A stretch of DNA of 64,000 nt from an uncultured virus (IMG/VR IMGVR_UViG_2721755777_000003). Its lineage: Duplodnaviria; Heunggongvirae; Uroviricota; Caudoviricetes. A program made the position numbers and the translations under genes. Every line of letters begins with the position of its first letter. Position 1 is the stretch's first letter. The notes under the pieces were generated by a model. It was not told the origin of the DNA. It saw only the letters and a program-made list of their open reading frames with translations, and ran no database searches. The stretch covers positions 62,001 to 126,000 of the IMG/VR virus record IMGVR_UViG_2721755777_000003; one strand, given 5' to 3'. Shown in pieces: positions 18,990-27,656 of this stretch.

Positions 18990-19169
18990 ATGAAAAAGCA
19001 GTATTTATTTAGTCATTTAATGGGGTTTATTGAGGGAAAAGTAGTCGATGGTACAGCAACACCCGAAGAAGAATACCTTTATCAGGATTACAAGTGGTAC
19101 GGAAAGATTAATAAGCAAAGCTTTACATATCGAAGTTTAGTAAATCAATATCTTAATAGCGAATATTAA
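18990..19169 (+). CDS. 59-aa hypothetical protein upstream of yonO
   Basis: Read manually: MKKQYLFSHLMGFIEGKVVDGTATPEEEYLYQDYKWYGKINKQSFTYRSLVNQYLNSEY; GGAGGTG RBS. Confidence 0.75.
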   Translation: MKKQYLFSHLMGFIEGKVVDGTATPEEEYLYQDYKWYGKINKQSFTYRSLVNQYLNSEY

Positions 19170-19209
19170 GCACTTATAGAGTAAAAATAAAATAATCGGA
19201 GGGGATTGA

Positions 19210-21084
19210 TTGAAAAGAAAAAAAGACGGATTGTCTAAGCAAGTTCACATCTACAGTGTAGACACATCGGCATTTTATAATGACAAAGAAAATTCATTAC
19301 ATAATAAGATTTTGAAGTCTTATAGATACAGAGATTACCTTAAGACATTAGACAATGTAAATCATAAACATAAGAAATACATATCACAAAGGATTACATA
19401 CCTTAAAGAATGCCTTTATTCCGCATTTGAAGAACATAATGACATCAGAACACTTCGAACTGATAGTTTAAGGGATAATAAAGTGATTTCTTTATTTGAT
19501 TCAGTGTTGACCCGTACATTAGGGATTAAAGAAAACACCCTTTCAGAGGAAATCATGGTTGTCCAGACTTATCATTTTGAAGTATTGAAGGACATTATTG
19601 ATCAGGGATTTTTACATAACAAAGAAAAATACGTTTATTTCACGAGCAGCGCCGGTCAAATTCGTACAAAGAAGTCATGTTTCATTAAAAAAAGCACCTA
19701 CGATAAGTATCAGGATGCTTTGACATGCGGCTTGAGTATTGAAAAGATTAACTCCCTTGGTGGTAGCAGCATTAACAAATGGAATAGCTATATGGCCTTA
19801 TCTAACAGCGCCAGTAGCCCTTGGGAGATTGATATTGATAAAGCTATTGTTGTCAACGACTTAGAAACTGATGTGTCGAGTTTCGTTGACTACATTGATC
19901 GAGATACCTACGAGATCACACGAAAAACAATGAACATTCCCATTGAACATACAGATGGCTGCGGAATGATACTCCCTAATCTAAGTCGTAAAAGCTTCAT
20001 GGTAAGACTCCCATGGGTAAAGGGTTTATTAGTCCCTTTTGATTTTCGTAAATTTGCTGAGGAAAACAAAGCTTTTAAAGTAACTGATATATACGGCAAG
20101 GAATGGGACGTGATGAAAGATGATGTTCAAATTATCTTCACTAAGAGCCAGTTTAAAATGTGGAAGTATTATTCATCGTGGGAAGAATATCAAGGCAATT
20201 ATAAAAAATATGGATGCTTAGGGGCAAAACTCAACGAAGAAGATCCTTCTGTTGAAGGGAAGCTCACTTATCAAATGCTCCAGACACTTACAGATATCTC
20301 CGATGAAGAATTAATTCAAATGAGCTCAAAGACTGTAAAAGAGATTACCACATTGGGAACTGACAAAGAAACCATGTTAAGAGTTCTTGGAGCTACAGAG
20401 AAAAAGAAACATCGGACAGCTCTTCAGGACGCTTTACTTCTATATCCAGAACTTCTTAACGATGATCACACGAAAGAAATTATTAAAAATAAAAAGAAAA
20501 GCATGATTAAAGATGCCAAATCAGGAAAATTGCTTGTTGATGGTGCTCGTTATACATATTTATGCCCTGATCTGTATGCTTTCTGCGAAAAATTATTTCT
20601 GAACATCCAGAACCCAAAAGGACTGCTTTCAGGAAGTGATGTCCATTGTTCTTTATATGATGAAGGGTATATTGACATCCTCCGCTCCCCTCACCTATTC
20701 AGAGAGCATGGTGTTAGGTGGAACAAAAAAGATGAGAAATATGAAAAGTGGTTCATTACCCCAGGTGTTTACACAAGCATTCATGATCCGATATCTAAGT
20801 TGCTGCAGTTTGATAATGACGGGGATAAGGCCTTAATTATTTCTGATGAGTTAATCGTCAATATTGCCAAGCGTAATATGGAAAACATCGTTCCGTTGTA
20901 TTATGAAATGTCTGTAGCCCAGAAACAAAAGATTAATAGCAAGAACATCTATGAAGCACTAACTCTTGCTTATGGGATCAATATCGGGGAGTACAGCAAC
21001 AACATCACTAAAATATGGAACAGTGACAATATAAACCTGGACGTGATCAAATGGTTATGTATGGAAAATAACTTTACTATCGAT
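19210..21084 (+). CDS. yonO: YonO single-subunit two-barrel RNA polymerase, exon 1
   Basis: HTDGCG, RLPWVKG, RSPH and catalytic FDNDGD motifs; ends ..NNFTID at the 5' splice site. Confidence 0.92.
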
Positions 21085-22375
21085 TAAATTTATAGTCGCG
21101 TCGCATAGCGATATGCGGATGAAAAGTCAGTGAACCTAGAAATCTAGGGTGTACATTCAGCGAAAAGTAGCGATAGGAAATGATCGTCAATGAGTGTGCT
21201 AACAGGGGAATTCTAATTAATGCATTTTACATTTTTGAACAATGATATTTAAAACAAGGGGGTGACAAAGTGAAGTTTATAAATGAGGATGAGCATAAAT
21301 ATTTGAGTGGGATATATAAGATTGAGCAGATAAGCACCGGCTTAATATATGTGGGGAAAACTAAGATGAAATTTATTAAGCGTTACTGGCATCACACTTG
21401 GAAGCTGAAAAACAATTCGCACTGTAATCGACATTTGCAGAATACCTGGAATAAATATGGAGAAAACGATTTCCAATTTCATGTATTGCAAACAGTTGAT
21501 CCAAACTCAGATATGAACGAATTAGAAACTCACTACATAAATGAACTAGGTGCCTATTTAAATGGCTTTAACATGACCACCGGCGGAGAGGGCAAGAGTA
21601 ATTGTAAGATGTCTGACTCCACCAAAAGAATTATTGGGGAAAAGAATAGGATTAATAACACCGGAAGAAAACTTAGTGATGAGACTAAAGCCAAAATGAG
21701 TAAAGCGAGAATTGGCAGAAAGCTCTCTCCGCAACATAAGGAAAAGCTTTTACAATCTAGAATGAATAAAAGGCATTCGCCAGAATCTAGATTAAAGATG
21801 CGTCAGTCTCATTTAGGGTCAAAAAATAAATCCTCAAAAATAAATGAAACGAAAGCATACGAGATAAAAGTTCGTTTGATTAATGGAGAAAAGATGTCCG
21901 AAGTATCAAAGTCAATGTGTGTTTCCTACCCCATCGTTAAATCAATATTAGAGTGTAAAGTATGGAATCATATTCATGTTACTGGGTGGGACGACTTTAT
22001 TCTTAAATACAAAAGCAAGAAGAAAAGCACTCTTACTCCAAAAGAAGTATTTCGCATAAGAGAACTTCTTAAAAAAGGGTTATCAGCACCCCATGTTGCA
22101 AAAAAGTGTAACATAAAACCCAATGTTGTCTATGGAATTAAACAAGGAAGAACCTATAAAAATGTAAAATGAATGTAGAATGTATTATATGAAAACCCTG
22201 TGCCAAGCGTTTACATCATGCTGGGAAGCACTTGTAAATGAAGGTGCAACGACCATCCTTTATGGAGTAATAATAAGGTGAAATTCCTTATTATGAAGCG
22301 CTGACCATCTGTCTAGCACAGATGATGATATGGTCTATTCCCTAATAAAATATCGGGAAACCGAGGGTATCAAAG
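21085..22375 (+). mobile_element. Group I (IA-like) self-splicing intron, 1291 nt
   Basis: P1 with U21084.G21095 wobble; P3 GTCAGTG/CGCTGAC; P4 ACAGGG/CCCTGT; P7 GACCA/TGGTC; P8 CATCTG/CAGATG; terminal omega-G 22375; excision restores the reading frame. Confidence 0.92.
21270..22172 (+). CDS. Intron-encoded GIY-YIG homing endonuclease with NUMOD3-like repeats and C-terminal HTHs
   Basis: SGIYKI..IYVGKT, R/H/E/N GIY-YIG residues; repeats KLSDETKAKMS and RHSPESRLKMR. Confidence 0.92.
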   Translation: MKFINEDEHKYLSGIYKIEQISTGLIYVGKTKMKFIKRYWHHTWKLKNNSHCNRHLQNTWNKYGENDFQFHVLQTVDPNSDMNELETHYINELGAYLNGFNMTTGGEGKSNCKMSDSTKRIIGEKNRINNTGRKLSDETKAKMSKARIGRKLSPQHKEKLLQSRMNKRHSPESRLKMRQSHLGSKNKSSKINETKAYEIKVRLINGEKMSEVSKSMCVSYPIVKSILECKVWNHIHVTGWDDFILKYKSKKKSTLTPKEVFRIRELLKKGLSAPHVAKKCNIKPNVVYGIKQGRTYKNVK

Positions 22376-23023
22376 TTCGCAAAAACCTTATTCATGCCTA
22401 CCCGACCTGATCATGTTGATGAAAAAATTAAAGATTACGTAAAAAATAAAGTGCCCCACTTCTTTATCAATGCAAAGGATAAAGAAGAACATAGTGTTGA
22501 GTTAATTAATGAAAGCACAGTAAATAAGTTAGACTCCATTATCCCTTCTGACCGAATTAATTTCGCAGCTGTGGCAGGAAAGTTTGATTATCGTTTTCTG
22601 CTCAAGAACAAGGAGATTAAGTTGGACGAGGCAATTATTAGTGAGTACAAACGATTAGACCAAAACAAGAAATGGCTCATGAATGATGAAGACATTAAGC
22701 CTGGACAAAAACTTTATGTTTATAAGGTTATCAAAGACAGATTGCTGAAGATACATGAAGACGAACAATATGTTGCTGATGTTCTGATTAAGTATCTGTA
22801 TAAAAAGAAGAGTAAGTTCAAATCGACACTGTGGGAATGTTTCGGTGCTTGTATATTAAATAATCTAACACACAACCTGAAAACACTAAGAGTTTGCAGT
22901 GATTGTAAAACGCTATTTAGGGCTAAAACAAGCAAGAAACTTTTCTGTGGGAAATGTACAGTTAAGAGGAATAAACAAAAAACAAAGGAACGTGTCATCC
23001 GATTTAGAAATCAAAATGTGTAA
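22376..23023 (+). CDS. yonO: YonO RNA polymerase, exon 2 (spliced product 840 aa)
   Basis: TTC GCA AAA ACC TTA TTC ATG continues ..[15 protein letters not shown]..; C-terminal CxxC..CxxC. Confidence 0.9.
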   Translation, partial: FAKTLFMPTRPDHVDEKIKDYVKNKVPHFFINAKDKEEHSVELINESTVNKLDSIIPSDRINFAAVAGKFDYRFLLKNKEIKLDEAIISEYKRLDQNKKWLMNDEDIKPGQKLYVYKVIKDRLLKIHEDEQYVADVLIKYLYKKKSKFKSTLWECFGACILNNLTHNLKTLRVCSDCKTLFRAKTSKKLFCGKCTVKRNKQKTKERVIRFRNQNV

Positions 23024-23283
23024 CGGTAATAAAAGTACCATGAGCCTTACTCCCCCAAGGGGTACAGCGATTTTACCGAAAAAAGTATAACAAAAAAAGT
23101 GCCTTGAACCCTTGATACGACTGGTCTGAAAGCCCCTTTTGAGATAATCGCCATAAGGGAGAAAGAAAGCTAATTTCCACATATAAGGGTGAGTACGTCT
23201 CCCATTTTTCAAAAGAAGCACAAACGTTACCGTAATTATACTTTAACACAAAAATAAACAAAATCACTAGGAGGAATTAAAAC

Positions 23284-23559
23284 ATGAACAAAACAGAATT
23301 TGTTGGAGAAGTTGCTGAAAAAATAGGAGTTACTAAGAAAGAAGCTGCGCCTAAAGTAGAAGCAGTATTTAATGTGATCGTTGAAACACTTACAAATGGT
23401 GAATCAATCAAGATCCCTGGAGTTGGAACGTTTGAAGTTCGTGAACGTGCAGCTCGTAAAGGGAGAAATCCACAATCAGGTGAGGAAATTGATATTCCGG
23501 CTACAAAGGCGCCTGCATTCAAGGCTGCTAAAGCTCTAAAAGACGCAGTGAAAGCTTAA
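23284..23559 (+). CDS. yonN: HU-family DNA-binding protein
   Basis: MNKTE..GTFEVRERAARKGRNPQSGEEIDIPA..PAFKA. Confidence 0.95.
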   Translation: MNKTEFVGEVAEKIGVTKKEAAPKVEAVFNVIVETLTNGESIKIPGVGTFEVRERAARKGRNPQSGEEIDIPATKAPAFKAAKALKDAVKA

Positions 23560-23586
23560 TAAAGTATCCTTCCTCCCTTTTCCCTA

Positions 23587-23726
23587 GAATGCGGTGGCGA
23601 AAAAGGTAAACGCGTAGATCGAGGTGGTATGACTGACCTTCGGGAATCTCGAGGCCAACCTTCAAGAGAAGACTAATAGTTGGCGAATTGTCATCCATGA
23701 GAGGTGCAAATCCTCTCCCGCATTCA
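23587..23726 (+). ncRNA. tRNA-like RNA with an expanded central domain (no canonical anticodon arm)
   Basis: Acceptor-like stem GAATGCGG/CCGCATTC, D-like arm TGGCGAAAAAGGTAAACGC, T-like arm GAGAGG-TGCAAAT-CCTCTC, ~85-nt structured insert. Confidence 0.55.
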
Positions 23727-24191
23727 TCTCCAGGTTAATTAATTAGAGTTCTTTTATTGATGGCATGGGGGTGTCGTCAATAATAAGCTGTTTACTGATA
23801 TGTGGGATATCAGTTCTCGGCTAATATTCATTTGTTTGAGGACTTGGAATGCCAGGGTTTCAGATAAATGGATATTAGCGGGGTATTGCCCCATCGTGGA
23901 CTAAGCTTTTTCTAAACATGTCTATTCTCACTTTCATACGAACAAAAGCATTAAATTCGACTTTACAGCTACAACTGGTCATTGTAGTTAGTCGGATAAT
24001 GGTCACTTATGAGGGTTCGAGGTTAACTCGGATGTCTGTATCTAAAAAGAGACAGGTAAATGGCTATTATCGGGCTAAAAATGTCGGTAAGACTTAACGC
24101 ATTAATGCAAATTGCGACTTTATCCCATCAGGGTTTTATTATGGCAGATTTTTCGTGCTTGCTTAAACAAAACGAAAGGGAGAGTTAAAGG

Positions 24192-24461
24192 ATGGCGAAG
24201 AATCGTAGAAAGCCGGCTGTGATTAAAGCAGTAAAATTTGAAAACACGGCGCACTCAATCGCTGATATTTCGAACTTGGTCGGCCAAAGGACGATTGTCA
24301 TCAGTTGTCAGATAGGCTGTCCGACAGTAACAATCCCAACATTACATGGCAACAATATCGCACAAGTAGGTGATTATATAATCCGTGAAGAAGACAAGTT
24401 ATATTTGTGCAAACAGGATACTTTCGAAAAAAGACTTGCAACAGCCAAGAAGACTCTGTAA
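24192..24461 (+). CDS. Phage hypothetical protein
   Basis: RKPAVIKAVKF..IPTLHG..AQVGDYII..CKQDTFEK pattern common in small phage proteins. Confidence 0.7.
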   Translation: MAKNRRKPAVIKAVKFENTAHSIADISNLVGQRTIVISCQIGCPTVTIPTLHGNNIAQVGDYIIREEDKLYLCKQDTFEKRLATAKKTL

Positions 24462-24537
24462 ATTTTAATTGGATGGAATGTTAGAAAAATTACACTTAAT
24501 ACCCTTTTTATCCTATAATGGAATAAGGAGGGGTTAC

Positions 24538-25200
24538 ATGGAGATCAAAAAAGAAGAACTGATTATTTCGGATTTTGAACATCTGTATATAATAGAGTTG
24601 TACTCTTTAGCAGATGCTATCAAAAGAGATTGCGAGGAAGTTTTCAATGAAGTTAAGATACCTTCAGAAAAAGGATATTATGCAATTGAGTCTTCAGCAA
24701 AAATCCATTCGAAGATCAATTCAATAGTTATTAATGCAGCTAATATTAAGAAGTTAATATATCCCCAAGAATTCAGAAAGAAAAAGGAGTCAGCAAAGGT
24801 ATATAATGCTCGCATAGCCAGAGCGCAGATTTTCAAAACAATTCTAGGTGATTTAGATCTAGAGGAAATTAAAAAGACGAATGTCAGAAATCGGCTTGAG
24901 CACTTTGATGAGTACTTAGATAAAGCAATTTCAACGTTTCAAGATGAAAATTCAACAATAAAACATAAACACGCACTTGTATCGTATAATACTATTCTTT
25001 CTCATATGAAAGCTATTGATCCTCCGGTATATCCACTAAGACTTTATGTATCAACAGAGAAAGTATTTTATCATCTCGAAACTTCAATAAATATCGGAAA
25101 ACTATATGAAGAGGCTAAGGGATTACTGGGCATTTTATTAGAATTAGAGGATATAAGAGAAGAGATGGGTGGAGTACTTTTGAAATTGTATGACTTTTAA
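24538..25200 (+). CDS. Moron protein with a HEPN-like Rx4H motif
   Basis: ATG after AAGGAGGGG; TATAAT at 24514; RNRLEH motif; helical. Confidence 0.6.
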   Translation: MEIKKEELIISDFEHLYIIELYSLADAIKRDCEEVFNEVKIPSEKGYYAIESSAKIHSKINSIVINAANIKKLIYPQEFRKKKESAKVYNARIARAQIFKTILGDLDLEEIKKTNVRNRLEHFDEYLDKAISTFQDENSTIKHKHALVSYNTILSHMKAIDPPVYPLRLYVSTEKVFYHLETSINIGKLYEEAKGLLGILLELEDIREEMGGVLLKLYDF

Positions 25201-25478
25201 TTCTCTTTACATAATGCAGTCAGAACAAGGCTTCCGCACCCTACGGTGGAGGTCTTTTTGTGCTTGCGTTTTACTTTATGGATCGGTCGGAATGTGCTTA
25301 CGAGCCTTCCGTTACGCAAGTTATCAATAGTCTCCTTCGGGCGTTTCCCCAACGCCTATCCGACTTATCTTTTCATCTCCTTTATATCCCCTTTTCGGAC
25401 GTTACCGATGCTTCGGATCATCGGGCTTCCGAAGGAGCTTATTGTACGTAAATAAAACAAATATTGGAGGAATTTAAT

Positions 25479-25688
25479 TTGGCTAAAGGCAAGAAAGAGT
25501 ATTCTTTAAAAAAATGCACTGTAAATGTTGATGAAGATCAAATTATTGAACATAAAGGTGATGGTATACACATTCACTCACTATCTAAATACCTAAGAGA
25601 GCTTGAAAGCAAAACAGATCCAATTGATTTCACGTTAAAAAGCGACAGTGATGTTGTTCCTCAAGAAACTGAAGGACTTTCTGAGTAG
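25479..25688 (+). CDS. yonK: YonK-like protein
   Basis: TTG start after GGAGG; size and position upstream of yonJ. Confidence 0.55.
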   Translation: MAKGKKEYSLKKCTVNVDEDQIIEHKGDGIHIHSLSKYLRELESKTDPIDFTLKSDSDVVPQETEGLSE

Positions 25689-25699
25689 GCGGTGACTAA

Positions 25700-26887
25700 A
25701 TGACAGCTATTTTAGATCCTGTTTTACAGCGAGAAAAAGACGAATCGTTCACTGATTATCATATTAGACTTTTCAAAAACAAAGACACTTATCACATTGA
25801 CACAAAAACAATTGCTGCCCTTTTAAACAAGGATCAGGGAACCAACTATGATGAAAGCAAATGGCGTAAAGACTTTAAACAATTTGAGCGCTGGCACGAT
25901 TACTTTATCTCAAAGAATATGAACAAAGAAGTTCAACAAAAACATGAAGAAATTCGCATTGAATCCGAAAAACAAACAATCAAAGCACGAGATCAAAAAA
26001 GAGAATACCGGAAATTCATTGCCAATCAAGCACGGTTTGAACAAATTAAAGATGATGTCGTACAAGCTATTGCATCTCTAGAGTCAAAAAGACCCCTTCG
26101 CTTCACCTTCCCATCCCCCGCTATTGCTGAAAAACATGGGCTTGCATTATTCAGTGATTGGCACTTCGGAATGGAAATCGACAACCGCATTAATAAATTT
26201 AATAAAGAAATCTTCAATGAGCGTGTAGAACATCTCACCAACAAAGTGATTGAGTATGGTAAGCAGAATCATGTCTCCACATTACATGTAGCAAATCTCG
26301 GTGATTTAATCGGAGGTCTTATTCATGTGTCTACAAGAGTTCAGGCCAATGAAGATGCTGTAGAACAAATTAAATATGTATCAGAAACGCTTGCTGAGGT
26401 TTTAGCGATGTTGGCAAGTGAGTTTCAAGAAGTTAAGTTCTACAACGTAGCAGGAAATCACGGTCGCCTCTCCCCTTCTAAAAATGATGTAGGGATTAAA
26501 GAAAACTTTGAATACCTCATTAATTGGTACCTCGAAGCCAGATTGAAGAACATAAAGAACATCTCCATTGAACCTGAGCAAGACGGATTCATCCCCGCTA
26601 AAATCAACAATCAGGAAGTCGTGTTTGTACACGGACACTACGATCGTGTTGATCAGTGCGTAACACGATTGCCTCAATTACTTGGCTACATCCCTTCTTA
26701 CATATTCGGTGGTCATATTCATCACAATTACGAAAAAGAGTACGGTAGCACAACAGTTGTTGTAAATGGAGCACTTGTCGGTGCGGATGATTATGCTATG
26801 CAAGGTCGGTTTGGCACAAAACCTTCTCAAAAATTTATGGTTTTTGATGAAGCAGGTATTGAGGCTACATACATAATTCGCTTTTAA
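25700..26887 (+). CDS. yonJ: YonJ-like calcineurin-type metallophosphoesterase
   Basis: SDWH, GD, GNHG, HGH, GHIHH motifs. Confidence 0.8.
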   Translation: MTAILDPVLQREKDESFTDYHIRLFKNKDTYHIDTKTIAALLNKDQGTNYDESKWRKDFKQFERWHDYFISKNMNKEVQQKHEEIRIESEKQTIKARDQKREYRKFIANQARFEQIKDDVVQAIASLESKRPLRFTFPSPAIAEKHGLALFSDWHFGMEIDNRINKFNKEIFNERVEHLTNKVIEYGKQNHVSTLHVANLGDLIGGLIHVSTRVQANEDAVEQIKYVSETLAEVLAMLASEFQEVKFYNVAGNHGRLSPSKNDVGIKENFEYLINWYLEARLKNIKNISIEPEQDGFIPAKINNQEVVFVHGHYDRVDQCVTRLPQLLGYIPSYIFGGHIHHNYEKEYGSTTVVVNGALVGADDYAMQGRFGTKPSQKFMVFDEAGIEATYIIRF

Positions 26888-27047
26888 AATAAAAAGTTAA
26901 AGGAATGATCCTATGTCTGCCAATGAATTTATTGAAATATTAGTAGAACAGTGGGACAACCTGTCCCCTGAAAGCAAGAACACTCTAGTAAATTTGATTG
27001 TTAATTAATATAAAACTTTAATTTTATTCAGATGAGGATGAGGAAGA

Positions 27048-27548
27048 TTGAAAGAAGAAACTAAAATTCTTTGGGAATATGTAAAGCTGCTAAAAGAAAT
27101 TAATGATAGTGGTTATCTGTGTAATAGGGAATTAAAAGACGCTCTAACAAGTCTGCATAAAAGCCTGGGATTTGAGAAAAACACTAAAAGTGAACAATTG
27201 AACCAAGATGTCAAATTCTCTACTAAACCCTTAAACGGAAATAGCCACACATTGAGCTCGGGCTATATTCCTGAAAGAATTGCTGTAATTAATCCTGGAA
27301 GAGAAGAAACAACCTTTTTAATTATTGATTTATACAATTCCCGTGTTGAGGACATCTCAAAGAAAGTGGAATATGGAACGTTTAAACATCAGGCTAGTCA
27401 AATAAAAGCCATAATTATAGACAAACGACCGAGTAAATTAATAATTGATGCAAATGGTATTGGAAAAGGTTTGCTTGATGCTCTTGCTGATACCTTAAAA
27501 GGAACCAAGGTTGTTTTGTCTGAAAATGGTGCCTTAACTTATAAATAA
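27048..27548 (+). CDS. yonH: YonH-like protein resembling a terminase nuclease domain
   Basis: 166 aa; IIDANGIGKGLLD resembles the in-window TerL IVDGNGVGGGLID. Confidence 0.6.
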   Translation: MKEETKILWEYVKLLKEINDSGYLCNRELKDALTSLHKSLGFEKNTKSEQLNQDVKFSTKPLNGNSHTLSSGYIPERIAVINPGREETTFLIIDLYNSRVEDISKKVEYGTFKHQASQIKAIIIDKRPSKLIIDANGIGKGLLDALADTLKGTKVVLSENGALTYK

Positions 27549-27656
27549 AATACTTTTTTAGAACGTCCAGTGATGATTTGAGAAATCTCGACTCCCTCTC
27601 TATTGCTGGGCGTTTTATAAAACGTGTTTTTGAACCAAAATTTTGGAGGTGAACCA

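Noticed and set aside
19210..23023. yonO as a pseudogene or a natively split two-subunit RNAP
   Set aside because: The stop at 21085-21087 is the first three bases of a group I intron; splicing restores one frame
23587..23726. Canonical tRNA or tmRNA
   Set aside because: No standard anticodon stem-loop, atypical stem lengths and no tag ORF
18451..24542. Identical 19-mer TAAGGAGGGGTTACATGGA at the tubR-like and HEPN-motif gene starts
   Set aside because: Mostly Shine-Dalgarno plus ATG, so likely convergence
25246..25455. Two overlapping 63-69 aa ORFs
   Set aside because: No RBS, atypical composition; the sequence is better explained as RNA structure
26913..27008. 31-aa ORF between yonJ and yonH
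   Set aside because: Weak RBS and no motif; cannot be supported
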